DNA of 47,603 nucleotides, from IMG/VR virus record IMGVR_UViG_3300049228_000125, positions 1 through 47,603 of that record; one strand, given 5' to 3'. Both the position numbers and the translations under genes were made by a program. How positions within the stretch are numbered: position 1 is the stretch's first letter; each line of letters starts with the position of its first letter. The notes beneath the pieces were generated by a model. That model did not search any database. It was not told where the DNA came from and saw only the letters and a list, made by a program, of their open reading frames with translations. Below, in pieces: positions 17,688 through 26,135 of this stretch. Origin of the DNA: a virus (Duplodnaviria; Caudoviricetes).

Positions 17688-18149
17688 ATGTCCTCACAAA
17701 CCTGTATATGCCTCACAGTGAAAATGCCTCCCTGCTCATTCTGCGAAAGCCTCTCCCAACTCGAATGCGACATCATGGACGCGGAAGGGATGGAGGTCCT
17801 CCTCTGGTTAAGGTCTCACTACCTCCTCCACGAGGGGAAGTGGGACTTTGAACCCGGAAGCGAGGGCCTCACCGGACCGGGAGAGACAGAGGAATCCTAT
17901 GCTGCCGCCTCCATCGTCATAGCGAAGGGGGGCATTACCCTTCGAAAGGAAGCGAGCGCGATCAAAGCCGAGGCCCTCATCGCCGCGACGAAAGAGGTAA
18001 ACAAGAAACCTCCCCCCCACCTCACCCACATAGGGAACGGCGTCCACCTCCCCACAGCAGCAGTGAAAGCCTCTTCCGCAAAAATCTACGACTTCACTCT
18101 TTTCCGAAAGGAGCGCAAGAAACCCCATGGCACGTCCCGCACACCCTGA
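17688..18149 (+). CDS. Hypothetical protein with N-terminal Cys cluster
   Basis: AAGGAG RBS; MSSQTCIC...PPCSFCE possible zinc site. Confidence 0.7.
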   Translation: MSSQTCICLTVKMPPCSFCESLSQLECDIMDAEGMEVLLWLRSHYLLHEGKWDFEPGSEGLTGPGETEESYAAASIVIAKGGITLRKEASAIKAEALIAATKEVNKKPPPHLTHIGNGVHLPTAAVKASSAKIYDFTLFRKERKKPHGTSRTP

Positions 18150-18609
18150 CAAGCACGACGAGCGGCTCCGCTCCCTCCTTGAACAAGCGCTTTCCGAGGA
18201 AGTCCTCATCCCCTGCCCAGACATGGCACACGCAAAGCTCATGCGCTCGAAGTTCAAGGAAATCATCCGAGCGCATCGGGAATGGGAGACTGGCCAGCAC
18301 CTCCGTTTCAAAGGCCTCCGCTTCCGCCTCCGTCAAACCCACGAGCTTCAATCCGCTCGTCCTCACTATCTCGCGGATGAAAAACGCCACCCCTACACCC
18401 TCGCTATGGACCGCCGCAGCGTCCTTGACGAGATTCTTTCCTCCGTGTCAACCTCCTCCACGTCAGTACCTCTTACCAACAAAACCACCGAGGCAAGAGC
18501 AGATGAGCCCGACGAGTGGGACTACGACCCCGACGAGGAGGAGGACTCCTCCGACGACTACGACAAGCTCGCCCATCTCTACCGCATTCCTAAAGAAGGG
18601 AGCGTTTAA
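18127..18609 (+). CDS. Hypothetical protein with acidic C-terminal region
   Basis: 160 aa, coupled to neighbours. Confidence 0.7.
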   Translation: MARPAHPDKHDERLRSLLEQALSEEVLIPCPDMAHAKLMRSKFKEIIRAHREWETGQHLRFKGLRFRLRQTHELQSARPHYLADEKRHPYTLAMDRRSVLDEILSSVSTSSTSVPLTNKTTEARADEPDEWDYDPDEEEDSSDDYDKLAHLYRIPKEGSV

Positions 18610-18813
18610 ATGCCTCGTGGCTCCCCCAACGTCCGTCTTCAAGTAAAGCTTGACCCCGACCTCGACGTAAAGCTCCGGGCCATTCTTGCCAGCCCCCTCA
18701 CCGGACGTATACAATACGGTTCCATATCCGCCCTCATTAACCATCTACTTCTTGACTGGGTCGTCAAGGAAATGGAAAGAAGAAAGGCCACACCACCCCA
18801 TGGGAGCAATTGA
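18610..18813 (+). CDS. Putative ribbon-helix-helix DNA-binding protein
   Basis: VRLQVKLDPDL (beta strand then helix) ... SISALINHLLLDW, an RHH-like pattern. Confidence 0.55.
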   Translation: MPRGSPNVRLQVKLDPDLDVKLRAILASPLTGRIQYGSISALINHLLLDWVVKEMERRKATPPHGSN

Positions 18814-19186
18814 CCTATTCGGAGAAGAAATCCCCGAAAGCACCTCCGAGGGCGAAGGCACCTCCGAGGGCACACCCATAGCGCAAACGCTCACCCCTCC
18901 TGTCTCTTCCGAACCTCCCCTCCATCTCCAATTCACCGAGGTCCGCAACGAACTCCTCAGCATGGAGAGGGCCAAAGGCGAGGGCAAAGACGTAAACATC
19001 GACCGGGTTCAGGAGCTTGTAAGGAAAGCTGCCGACCTCATGGCGAGGATACAAACCTCCACAACCGGGCCGAAGAAGAAGGTCATCGACGGAACAATCG
19101 TGGAGAAGAAAACCAAGAAGGCCGCTTCTCCAAAAAAGCCTTCCTCTATCGCCCACCTCAACATCCCAGAAGGGGACGATTTTTAA
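18800..19186 (+). CDS. Hypothetical protein
   Basis: MGAIDLF..., 128 aa, Lys-rich C-terminal region ending EGDDF. Confidence 0.7.
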   Translation: MGAIDLFGEEIPESTSEGEGTSEGTPIAQTLTPPVSSEPPLHLQFTEVRNELLSMERAKGEGKDVNIDRVQELVRKAADLMARIQTSTTGPKKKVIDGTIVEKKTKKAASPKKPSSIAHLNIPEGDDF

Positions 19187-19247
19187 CTCCACCTCGTAGG
19201 GTCTCACCACTCCACCTCGTAGGGTATCGTAAGGTATCACCACTCCA
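19186..19247 (+). repeat. Tandem TCGTA(G/A)GGT repeat cluster 1
   Basis: ACTCCACCTCGTAGGGT x2 at 23-nt period, then TCGTAAGGTATCACCACTCCA. Confidence 0.85.
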
Positions 19248-19262
19248 TCAAGGACCTCTCCC

Positions 19263-19574
19263 ATGTACATCCTCGGCCTATCCGGACGCCCCGACACTTT
19301 CACCTGCAAGGGAAGCAAGAAGGACTTCCTCACCTCCATCGACGCCACGCTGAACAAAAAGTACCAGGATGCGAGAGGCCAGCATATCTTCTTCTTCGTC
19401 CACATCCCGGACGCTTCCCGCGTATGGGTGACCGGCGTAAAAGGCAAGCAAGACACCTTCTGCGCCTACACCACGAGCGAGGAGGCGCAGACGCAGAGGG
19501 AAAAGTACGCGAAATTCTACGGAATAAAGGAGGTTTATATGATCTCCTTCGGGGACGACGACAATGACAAATAA
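19263..19574 (+). CDS. Hypothetical protein
   Basis: AAGGA RBS, 103 aa. Confidence 0.7.
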   Translation: MYILGLSGRPDTFTCKGSKKDFLTSIDATLNKKYQDARGQHIFFFVHIPDASRVWVTGVKGKQDTFCAYTTSEEAQTQREKYAKFYGIKEVYMISFGDDDNDK

Positions 19575-19941
19575 CCCTCGCTTTATCACCATCGCGAACA
19601 TGAGGGATCGCGACCTAACCCTCTGGCTCCCCCGCACCTACCGCATCCTCTGCGCCGTCGCTATCGAGCCAACTCAAGCAACCCAGGTCTACATCGAGCG
19701 CACGAACGAGGAACAAGAGGAGAAACGCTTCGTCCATCTCTCCTTCTGCTCCTTCGCATTCGAGGCACTCAATCCCGAGTTCGAATTCGTCTGCCCCGTA
19801 ATCGGGTCGGAACTATCCTACCCGCGATCCTATGGCATGCTTTTCCTCTACGCCCGGTGTGGATGGAAGAGCGAGGATCAGATGCGCTGGCTCCGCTCCC
19901 ACGGCCTCCTCGACGACAAGGACGAACCCCGCTATGGATGA
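19564..19941 (+). CDS. Hypothetical protein
   Basis: 125 aa, overlapping neighbours. Confidence 0.7.
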   Translation: MTNNPRFITIANMRDRDLTLWLPRTYRILCAVAIEPTQATQVYIERTNEEQEEKRFVHLSFCSFAFEALNPEFEFVCPVIGSELSYPRSYGMLFLYARCGWKSEDQMRWLRSHGLLDDKDEPRYG

Positions 19942-20305
19942 GACCGCCCACTACATCCCTACTCTCTCCCTCGTTGCCGCCCTCATTCGCGACTTCACCC
20001 CGCGATGGAACTCCTCCAAACTCCACGGGCAAGAGGACCACTGCGTCTACCGCTGGGAGAACCACGAACGCCTCATCGTCGCGAGGTTCCCCTTCCGCAA
20101 GCACGCGCAAGCCTACGTCAAGCAACTCAACGCGGAGGAGCTACTTACCATGACCCTTATAGCCCTCTATAACGCCACAGGCTCCTCCTCCCTTGAAGAG
20201 CGCACCTTTCGCATCCGCCTCACCGCCCTCCATATGGAGCTACCCACATGCCCAGACCCCGACATGTTCAAGACACAGCTCTACCCATTCCCGAGGGGGG
20301 AGTAA
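19934..20305 (+). CDS. Hypothetical protein
   Basis: AAGGA upstream of ATG 19934 (MDETAHY...). Confidence 0.65.
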   Translation: MDETAHYIPTLSLVAALIRDFTPRWNSSKLHGQEDHCVYRWENHERLIVARFPFRKHAQAYVKQLNAEELLTMTLIALYNATGSSSLEERTFRIRLTALHMELPTCPDPDMFKTQLYPFPRGE

Positions 20306-20385
20306 AAAGGGTCCTAGCTATTACCCTCCTCATCTACCTCCCCTTCATCCTTCTTCTAGGGCTCCATTCATGGCAAGGACGGTAA
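20248..20385 (+). CDS. Small single-TM membrane protein (45 aa, not in ORF track)
   Basis: GGAG RBS; MPRPRHV...KRVLAITLLIYLPFILLLGLHSWQGR*; fills an otherwise empty gap. Confidence 0.5.
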   Translation: MPRPRHVQDTALPIPEGGVKRVLAITLLIYLPFILLLGLHSWQGR

Positions 20386-20386
20386 A

Positions 20387-20581
20387 ATGAATCACCCCCA
20401 CACCTGCGAGTGCATAGACTGCTGGAACAATAACGAGCTGGCCCTCTGCGCCATCGAACAACTTAAGGATCTCCCATGCTCCTCCGCCCCCTCAACCTCC
20501 GCGTCATCGACTTCGAGACCTCCAATCTCCCCGCAAAAGGAGGGAAGATCATCGAAATCGGCTGGCTCGATCTCGAAGTAA
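20387..20581 (+). CDS. Small Cys-rich hypothetical protein
   Basis: AAGGA RBS; H..CECIDC; long overlap into the next gene. Confidence 0.4.
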   Translation: MNHPHTCECIDCWNNNELALCAIEQLKDLPCSSAPSTSASSTSRPPISPQKEGRSSKSAGSISK

Positions 20582-21264
20582 CAAGAGAAACCACAGGGGA
20601 AATTTCCCTTTCTGACAGCAGTAACCTCTCCAGCGCTCGCTACGGCCTTCCCCAAGGTGAGGAAATCGACCTCTTCGCCCAAGCCGTCAACCACATAAGG
20701 AAGGAGGACCTCCCATCCTGGTACGTGCTTGACAGTCTTTCCCTTTCCTCTTACCTCCAATGCGAGGCCGGAACCACCCGCCAATTCGACTACCTCATCG
20801 CCCACAACGCATCCTTCGAAGAGGCCATGTTCAAGAACTACGGAATAGAGCAAGGAGGTGAAATCTTCCCCCTTCCTCCCCTCATCTGCACCATGAAAGT
20901 CGCAAAGCGTGTCTTCCCCTCACAGAAGAGCTTCGCCCTCCAATACCTCCGCTATGCCCTCGACCTTGAAGGGGGGAAGAGAGATCTTCGCTGCGATCCT
21001 CCTCATTCCGCCGGCGCAGACGTGTGGCTGACATTCCTCCTTTTTAAAAAGATGCTAGAAGAATTCCACGTCACCATCGACGAAATGGTCGGCTTTTCCT
21101 CTCGCCCAACCCTCCACCTCACCTGCCCAATCGGAAAGTACAAAGGCGCCGCCTGGAACGAGGTTGAAACCGGCTACCTCAAATGGATTCTCAAATCCCC
21201 CACCATCGATGCCGACGTAAAAGCCGCCGCAAAAGATGAACTTATCTTCCGAGGCCAAGCGTAA
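20476..21264 (+). CDS. DEDDh 3'-5' exonuclease (ExoX/DnaQ-like) with C-terminal DUF3820-like domain
   Basis: IDFET, AHNASFE, HSAGADV motifs; C-terminal PIGKYKG...YLKWIL. Confidence 0.88.
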   Translation: MLLRPLNLRVIDFETSNLPAKGGKIIEIGWLDLEVTRETTGEISLSDSSNLSSARYGLPQGEEIDLFAQAVNHIRKEDLPSWYVLDSLSLSSYLQCEAGTTRQFDYLIAHNASFEEAMFKNYGIEQGGEIFPLPPLICTMKVAKRVFPSQKSFALQYLRYALDLEGGKRDLRCDPPHSAGADVWLTFLLFKKMLEEFHVTIDEMVGFSSRPTLHLTCPIGKYKGAAWNEVETGYLKWILKSPTIDADVKAAAKDELIFRGQA

Positions 21265-21281
21265 AAAAGGACTCACCTCCC

Positions 21282-21488
21282 ATGACCGATAAGAAAGACT
21301 CCACGCCCTCCCCCAAAATCGACTCCGCGAAACACTCCACCTTCGCAAAGGAGGCCGACCAAAAAGCCGACGAAATCAAGGTCATCACCCACAATGACCT
21401 CCTCCACAAAGAAGGCCTCCGCAACCTCGCTAACGAGCACCGGAACATCGCCTCCCACGGAACACCGGAGAACAAGGACAAGAAATGA
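21282..21488 (+). CDS. Hypothetical protein
   Basis: AAGGA RBS, 68 aa. Confidence 0.65.
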   Translation: MTDKKDSTPSPKIDSAKHSTFAKEADQKADEIKVITHNDLLHKEGLRNLANEHRNIASHGTPENKDKK

Positions 21489-21589
21489 GCGATTTCTTTT
21501 TCACCTTCATCTGCTTCCTCATCGACGCAAGAGAAGATTCCTCCGACCCCGACTGGGAGCGGGACGCCGAGGGGGTATCTTTTTCATGA
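21485..21589 (+). CDS. Small hypothetical protein (34 aa, not in ORF track)
   Basis: ATGA overlaps at both ends; MSDFFFTFICFLIDAREDSSDPDWERDAEGVSFS*. Confidence 0.5.
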   Translation: MSDFFFTFICFLIDAREDSSDPDWERDAEGVSFS

Positions 21590-22623
21590 AACTTCCTCTC
21601 GACCACTACTCTATCGGGGAGGCCTACAACCCCCCCTCTCTCCTCCCTCCGGGGGTTCGTCCCCCCCTTCCCGAAACCATGGACAGCACGATGCTCGTTG
21701 CCTATCGGGCCTGCGCCGCAAAATTCTATCGCGAACATGTCCTCAAACGCACGATCCCCGTCCTTTCCGTTCATCTACTCGCGGGAGGAGCTTTCGCAAG
21801 CGGCATCGAAGCTTACAGAAGGGCGTACTACGCTGACGGCTACTCGAAAGAGACTTCCCTCGACATCGCCTTCCTCGCCGCGAACGTCGCCTGGGGGGAA
21901 GCGGACCCGTTCCCGAAGCACCCCTCCATCGCAAACAAATCCCTCGACCGAATATTCGCCGCAATAGCATCCTATTTCGAAACTTACCCAATCGACACCG
22001 ACCAATTCCAACCACACCTCCGCGCAGACAACGGCTTCCCTACTATTGAATTCAGCGCTGCTGTACCCCTCGACCCATCGCATGGCTTTCCTCTCCATCC
22101 TTCAACGGGCGAGCCTTTTATCTGGCATATACGATCTGACGGCCTTGGCAAATTTCGTAACCTCCACGTATTCTCCGACGAAAAAACGACGGTATCTCTC
22201 GGAACAACCTGGAGCAGTAAATGGACCCTTCGAAACCAATTCCTCGCTTACGCATGGCTCTATAGAGAGATGGGCCTCCCATATCGCACAGCTCTGGTTA
22301 GAGGAGTTGGGCTTTTAAAAACAAAGATCTCTCATGCCGAATGCCTCGTCCACTACCCCGACCATCTCCTCAACGCATGGCAAGAGACGGCGGTTTACTC
22401 CATGCAGCAAATGGTCCAGCATTGGGAGCAGGACTACTGGCCGGAGGAATTCGGGGACGCCTGCACCTCTTACGGCAACTGCATCTTCACCGATGTTTGC
22501 CTCGCCTCACCGAGCAGGAAGGAGAACTACCTCGAAGCGAGCTATATGCCCCGCTCCTGGGACCCCTCCATCATCCACAACAGGAGGACTAATCTTGAAG
22601 AAGCCTTCCTCGCACTGGGTTGA
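21586..22623 (+). CDS. PD-(D/E)XK exonuclease (RecB/Cas4-like) of the recombination module
   Basis: DSTML..YRAC, IEF, SDG...SDEKT, QF..Y and C-terminal C..YG.C.F..VC cysteine cluster. Confidence 0.8.
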   Translation: MKLPLDHYSIGEAYNPPSLLPPGVRPPLPETMDSTMLVAYRACAAKFYREHVLKRTIPVLSVHLLAGGAFASGIEAYRRAYYADGYSKETSLDIAFLAANVAWGEADPFPKHPSIANKSLDRIFAAIASYFETYPIDTDQFQPHLRADNGFPTIEFSAAVPLDPSHGFPLHPSTGEPFIWHIRSDGLGKFRNLHVFSDEKTTVSLGTTWSSKWTLRNQFLAYAWLYREMGLPYRTALVRGVGLLKTKISHAECLVHYPDHLLNAWQETAVYSMQQMVQHWEQDYWPEEFGDACTSYGNCIFTDVCLASPSRKENYLEASYMPRSWDPSIIHNRRTNLEEAFLALG

Positions 22624-22969
22624 GCGCGTCATCTCCGTTGAAAGCGTCCTAGAAACAGGTCACATCTTCGTCTACGGAACGACCAAGCTTTCTTCCCCCC
22701 TCCTCGGCCAAGTGTGGAAGGTCCTCTTCATCCGGAGGGAAAACTGGAAGATCGTCACCGCCCACTCCCTCGTCCGCTGGACCGTTCTCCTCAATAAATT
22801 CCGCGTCAACCTTTCTCTTCTCCCGGAGCTATCCCCATGTCCCTCACGAAAGACACCAAATTCGACCGCAGGCGTTCCCACGACTTCGACGAAGGAGAGT
22901 CCTCCTACGACTGGCTCGCCGAATGCGACACCGGTGATAGTAGGAGCTGTGAAGGAGCCGTCAACATAG
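22595..22969 (+). CDS. Hypothetical protein
   Basis: AGGAGG RBS with TTG start at 22595; fills the gap 22623-22837. Confidence 0.5.
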   Translation: MKKPSSHWVERVISVESVLETGHIFVYGTTKLSSPLLGQVWKVLFIRRENWKIVTAHSLVRWTVLLNKFRVNLSLLPELSPCPSRKTPNSTAGVPTTSTKESPPTTGSPNATPVIVGAVKEPST

Positions 22970-23115
22970 ATGACTCCACCTTTAAGGAGGCGGGGGAGAA
23001 GCTAAAATCCTTCGGCTGGCAGATATTTAAGAACTCGAAGGGTGAATGGACCCACCGCTGCCAGATATGTAAAGAGTGGAAAATGAAACACGCCTTCGAG
23101 GAGATGAAGAGATGA
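22837..23115 (+). CDS. Small putative zinc-binding protein
   Basis: ECD...C...GW.......W.H.C..C pattern. Confidence 0.7.
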   Translation: MSLTKDTKFDRRRSHDFDEGESSYDWLAECDTGDSRSCEGAVNIDDSTFKEAGEKLKSFGWQIFKNSKGEWTHRCQICKEWKMKHAFEEMKR

Positions 23116-23128
23116 GGGGGGCCTTCGG

Positions 23129-23533
23129 ATGACCAACCTAACTGACGCGAGAATCCTCTATCGCACCTGGGCACAAAGCTTCGACCCCTCCTCCTCCGGC
23201 TCCCTCGACCGCCTAGCCTCTCCTTCTCAAGAGGCCTGGCTCTACATCGCCGCCACGGCTAGAATGTTAAGCTCGGAGGAGGACACTCCTCCTCCGATAG
23301 TCCCCGGACTCCTCTACCTCGCAACCTGGACCCCCTCAGCCCGGTGGGGAAACAAGCTCGCACCTCAATCCCCCCAACTCTACATGACCTTCTTCCCGGA
23401 GGACGACAGACTCGGCGGCTACGTAGTGGAGCAGGAGAGAGGAGGCTTCCCTACCCTCACCTACATCTCTACCATCCCCGAAAAACTCCGCCGCATCCCC
23501 GGCATGATTTATCCTCCTTTCCCTCCCCTATAA
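23129..23533 (+). CDS. Hypothetical protein
   Basis: GAGG RBS, 134 aa. Confidence 0.7.
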   Translation: MTNLTDARILYRTWAQSFDPSSSGSLDRLASPSQEAWLYIAATARMLSSEEDTPPPIVPGLLYLATWTPSARWGNKLAPQSPQLYMTFFPEDDRLGGYVVEQERGGFPTLTYISTIPEKLRRIPGMIYPPFPPL

Positions 23534-23545
23534 GGACACCTCCCC

Positions 23546-24214
23546 ATGACCGTTAAAGATCGAAAGCTGAGCCTTGCTATGGTCGTCTCCACCGAGAAAG
23601 CTGAATTCTCCCTTTCCTTCGAGGGCGACGGCTCCGTCCGCATATTCGAACGAGGCGACTTCATGGTCCAGCTCTACGAGGAGCAGGTTCAGGACGTATT
23701 TACCGCAATCATGGAGGGCTTTCATATCATCCGAACCGGCCACCTCCCGCAAGTCCTCCCCTGTATCACCCAGGAAGAGCCCTCCAACGTGAAGTTCGAG
23801 GAAGGTCCCTCTCAGCCTCCCGAAAAACTCGACCCCATCCACTTCGACGACCCCAACATCGTCTACCTCCTCCGGCATGAGTACAAGGACAACTTCTTCT
23901 CCGCCTCCGACATGCACAACGACCGCAGAGAATATACCGGCCGGCGGGACGAGGCCTATGCCTTCCCGACCCGCTACGCAGCTCTCCGCTTCACCCAAGG
24001 CATGCGGCACCCGACCATCCTCATCCCCGAGGCCGCCGCCCACATCGTAAGCTGGAAGACCTCCGACAACGACATCGAACACTTCCACGACGGAAGCGCG
24101 ATTGGAACCATCCACGAGGAGAAGGCGCAGAAGCTCACCCTCAAGGAGGCCCAGGCCGTCTATTCCCGCATCCCCGGCCAGTTCATCCTCACCGTTAAGA
24201 AGGTCGTGAAATAA
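23546..24214 (+). CDS. Hypothetical protein
   Basis: AAGGA RBS, 222 aa. Confidence 0.75.
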   Translation: MTVKDRKLSLAMVVSTEKAEFSLSFEGDGSVRIFERGDFMVQLYEEQVQDVFTAIMEGFHIIRTGHLPQVLPCITQEEPSNVKFEEGPSQPPEKLDPIHFDDPNIVYLLRHEYKDNFFSASDMHNDRREYTGRRDEAYAFPTRYAALRFTQGMRHPTILIPEAAAHIVSWKTSDNDIEHFHDGSAIGTIHEEKAQKLTLKEAQAVYSRIPGQFILTVKKVVK

Positions 24215-25176
24215 TGGCATTCATCCCGCCAAAAGGGGCTCCGGCCCCGTCAATCACCATTCCTCCCCGTTCCGCTGGACCCGTCCGCCCGGTAGTCTCC
24301 CGCCCGATAATCATCCGGGACGAGCCACTAACTCCACCCGCCCTTATGCTCCTCGGGGACATCGGGAGCGGCAAGACCCATTCCATCATCTCCGCGTTGA
24401 AGAAAGGCCTCGAAGTCTTCGTCCTCATCACGGAGAACACCGGGGTCGAAACCCTCATCGACGCCTGCAAGAAAGAGGGCGTGAGCATGGAGCGCCTCCA
24501 CTGGAGAAGATGTACTCCGACGCAACAAGGCTGGGACGTCATGAAAGCCCAGGCCAAGCTCACGAACTCCCATTCCGTGGGTGAGTTACAGGAAATGAAG
24601 AACGGCCTCGACCGCTTCAAATACCCCGCCTTCCTCAAGCTCCTCGAGGCCTGCGAAAACTTCGTCTGCGACCGGACGAAGGAACACTTCGGCGACATCA
24701 TGACCTGGGATGACACCCGGCTCCTCACCCTCGATTCCATGTCCGGGCTGAACGAGATCGTCTCCTCCCACGTCACCGGGCACCGGATCACCATGACCCA
24801 ACCGGAATTCGGCGTGGTCCAAAACCACATCTACCAGCTCTGCAATACCCTCTGCGGCCTGAACTGCTACTTCATGGTCACCGGGCATATTGAGATGGAG
24901 AGCGACGAGGCCAAGGGCACAACCAAATTCATGATCTCCACCGTCGGGAGGAAGCTCGCCCCGAAACTTCCTCGCGTCTTTTCCGAAGTCGTCTACGCGA
25001 AGAAAGACAACGGGAAATACGTCTGGACCACCGACGACTCGAAGGTCATCACAAAGTCCCGCGCACTCCCCGTGGGGACGATGCCAGCGGACTTCGGAAT
25101 TCTCGTAGACATTTACGAGAAGCGCAAACTTGAAGCACAGGAGGAACTCAAAGCAGCAGAGAACACATCCCTTTAA
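24214..25176 (+). CDS. AAA_24/Sak4-like ATPase (recombination/annealing)
   Basis: Walker A GDIGSGKT, Walker B LTLDSMS, VTGH.E, GRKLAPKLPRVFSEV; context exonuclease-ATPase-SSB. Confidence 0.8.
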   Translation: MAFIPPKGAPAPSITIPPRSAGPVRPVVSRPIIIRDEPLTPPALMLLGDIGSGKTHSIISALKKGLEVFVLITENTGVETLIDACKKEGVSMERLHWRRCTPTQQGWDVMKAQAKLTNSHSVGELQEMKNGLDRFKYPAFLKLLEACENFVCDRTKEHFGDIMTWDDTRLLTLDSMSGLNEIVSSHVTGHRITMTQPEFGVVQNHIYQLCNTLCGLNCYFMVTGHIEMESDEAKGTTKFMISTVGRKLAPKLPRVFSEVVYAKKDNGKYVWTTDDSKVITKSRALPVGTMPADFGILVDIYEKRKLEAQEELKAAENTSL

Positions 25177-25181
25177 AACAC

Positions 25182-25208
25182 AGTAACCTCAAAGCATAGT
25201 AACCTCAA
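25182..25208 (+). repeat. Short direct repeat AGTAACCTCAA x2
   Basis: 25182-25192 and 25198-25208, in the intergenic gap before the putative SSB. Confidence 0.7.
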
Positions 25209-25221
25209 GGACTTACATCAC

Positions 25222-25731
25222 ATGGCACGTTTTGATAAAGAAGCCTTCCTGCAAGCCGAATACGAAGAAGCTGCCGACACCGAACGCACCCTCTTCCCCG
25301 CCGGCGAGTTCGTCGCCCAGGCGATTGAAGAGGTCACTATTATCGATCCGAAACCCTTCGTCGACGAAAAAACCGGCGCAACGAAAGACGGCTCCCCCCA
25401 ACTCCAACTCAAACTCCTCATCCGCGAGGACCACGCAATCCGTGTCCGGGAGCAATTCGGCTACGACGCCGACCGGCCGGTCTATTTCACCACCCGTCTC
25501 TATCTCGACATCAACCCCGAGTCCGGCTGGCTGGAGTTCGGTCCGAACAAGAACATCGACCTCGGTAAAATCCGCAAGGCCCTCGGGCAGAATGAGCCCG
25601 GCGTCCGCTGGAGCTTCCCCAACCTGAAAGGCGCCGGTCCGCTCGCCTTCATCGTGAAGCACGAGAGCTGGGAGAAAAACGGAAAATCCGGCACCTCCGA
25701 GCGCGCCCAAGCCTGGGCCGCAGCCGACTAA
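25222..25731 (+). CDS. Putative single-stranded DNA-binding protein
   Basis: Follows the Sak4-like ATPase; FPAGEFVAQ...LGKIRKALG pattern; beta-rich. Confidence 0.55.
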   Translation: MARFDKEAFLQAEYEEAADTERTLFPAGEFVAQAIEEVTIIDPKPFVDEKTGATKDGSPQLQLKLLIREDHAIRVREQFGYDADRPVYFTTRLYLDINPESGWLEFGPNKNIDLGKIRKALGQNEPGVRWSFPNLKGAGPLAFIVKHESWEKNGKSGTSERAQAWAAAD

Positions 25732-25784
25732 CCTCGTAGGGTAAGAAGGTTCGTAGGGTCTCACCCCTCACCTTTCGTAAGGTA
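25731..25784 (+). repeat. TCGTA(G/A)GGT repeat cluster 2
   Basis: ACCTCGTAGGGTA, TCGTAGGGTCTCACC and TCGTAAGGTA; same units as cluster 1. Confidence 0.85.
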
Positions 25785-25796
25785 AACCGTTCAACC

Positions 25797-25823
25797 GGGG
25801 AGGTGCGATCTCCCCACTTTTCT
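25797..25823 (+). terminator. Probable intrinsic terminator
   Basis: GGGGAGG-UGCGA-UCUCCCC then ACUUUUCU. Confidence 0.55.
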
Positions 25824-25838
25824 CAAAGGAAACCTCCC

Positions 25839-26132
25839 ATGACCACCATCTTCCCCGGCATGATGCGCCACGCAGTCTTCGGCGACGAGGCCGACAGCAA
25901 CAAGATAAACATCGTCCCGGAGAATGAAGTCCTCATCTCTCTTCTCCGCGACTCTTCCGGCGTGAAAATGACCGCGAAGTTCAAGGGCCACAGCGTCGTC
26001 CTTCCTCGAGGTAGCGCGGTCCAGTTCATTTACCTCCAGGCCGTGACCGCTTCCGGAGGTATCGGCTACGCGGACCCCGAGCCGCCGACCACGTCCGAGT
26101 CTAAGCTTTCCCTCCTCAAACCCCGCCAGTAG
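25839..26132 (+). CDS. Hypothetical protein
   Basis: AAGGA RBS before MTTIFPG, 97 aa. Confidence 0.65.
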   Translation: MTTIFPGMMRHAVFGDEADSNKINIVPENEVLISLLRDSSGVKMTAKFKGHSVVLPRGSAVQFIYLQAVTASGGIGYADPEPPTTSESKLSLLKPRQ

Positions 26133-26135
26133 CTC

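Noticed and set aside
19186-19247. CRISPR or mini-CRISPR array
   Set aside because: Units are short and nearly abutting with no unique spacers of suitable length; the Cas4-like nuclease sits in a standard recombination context.
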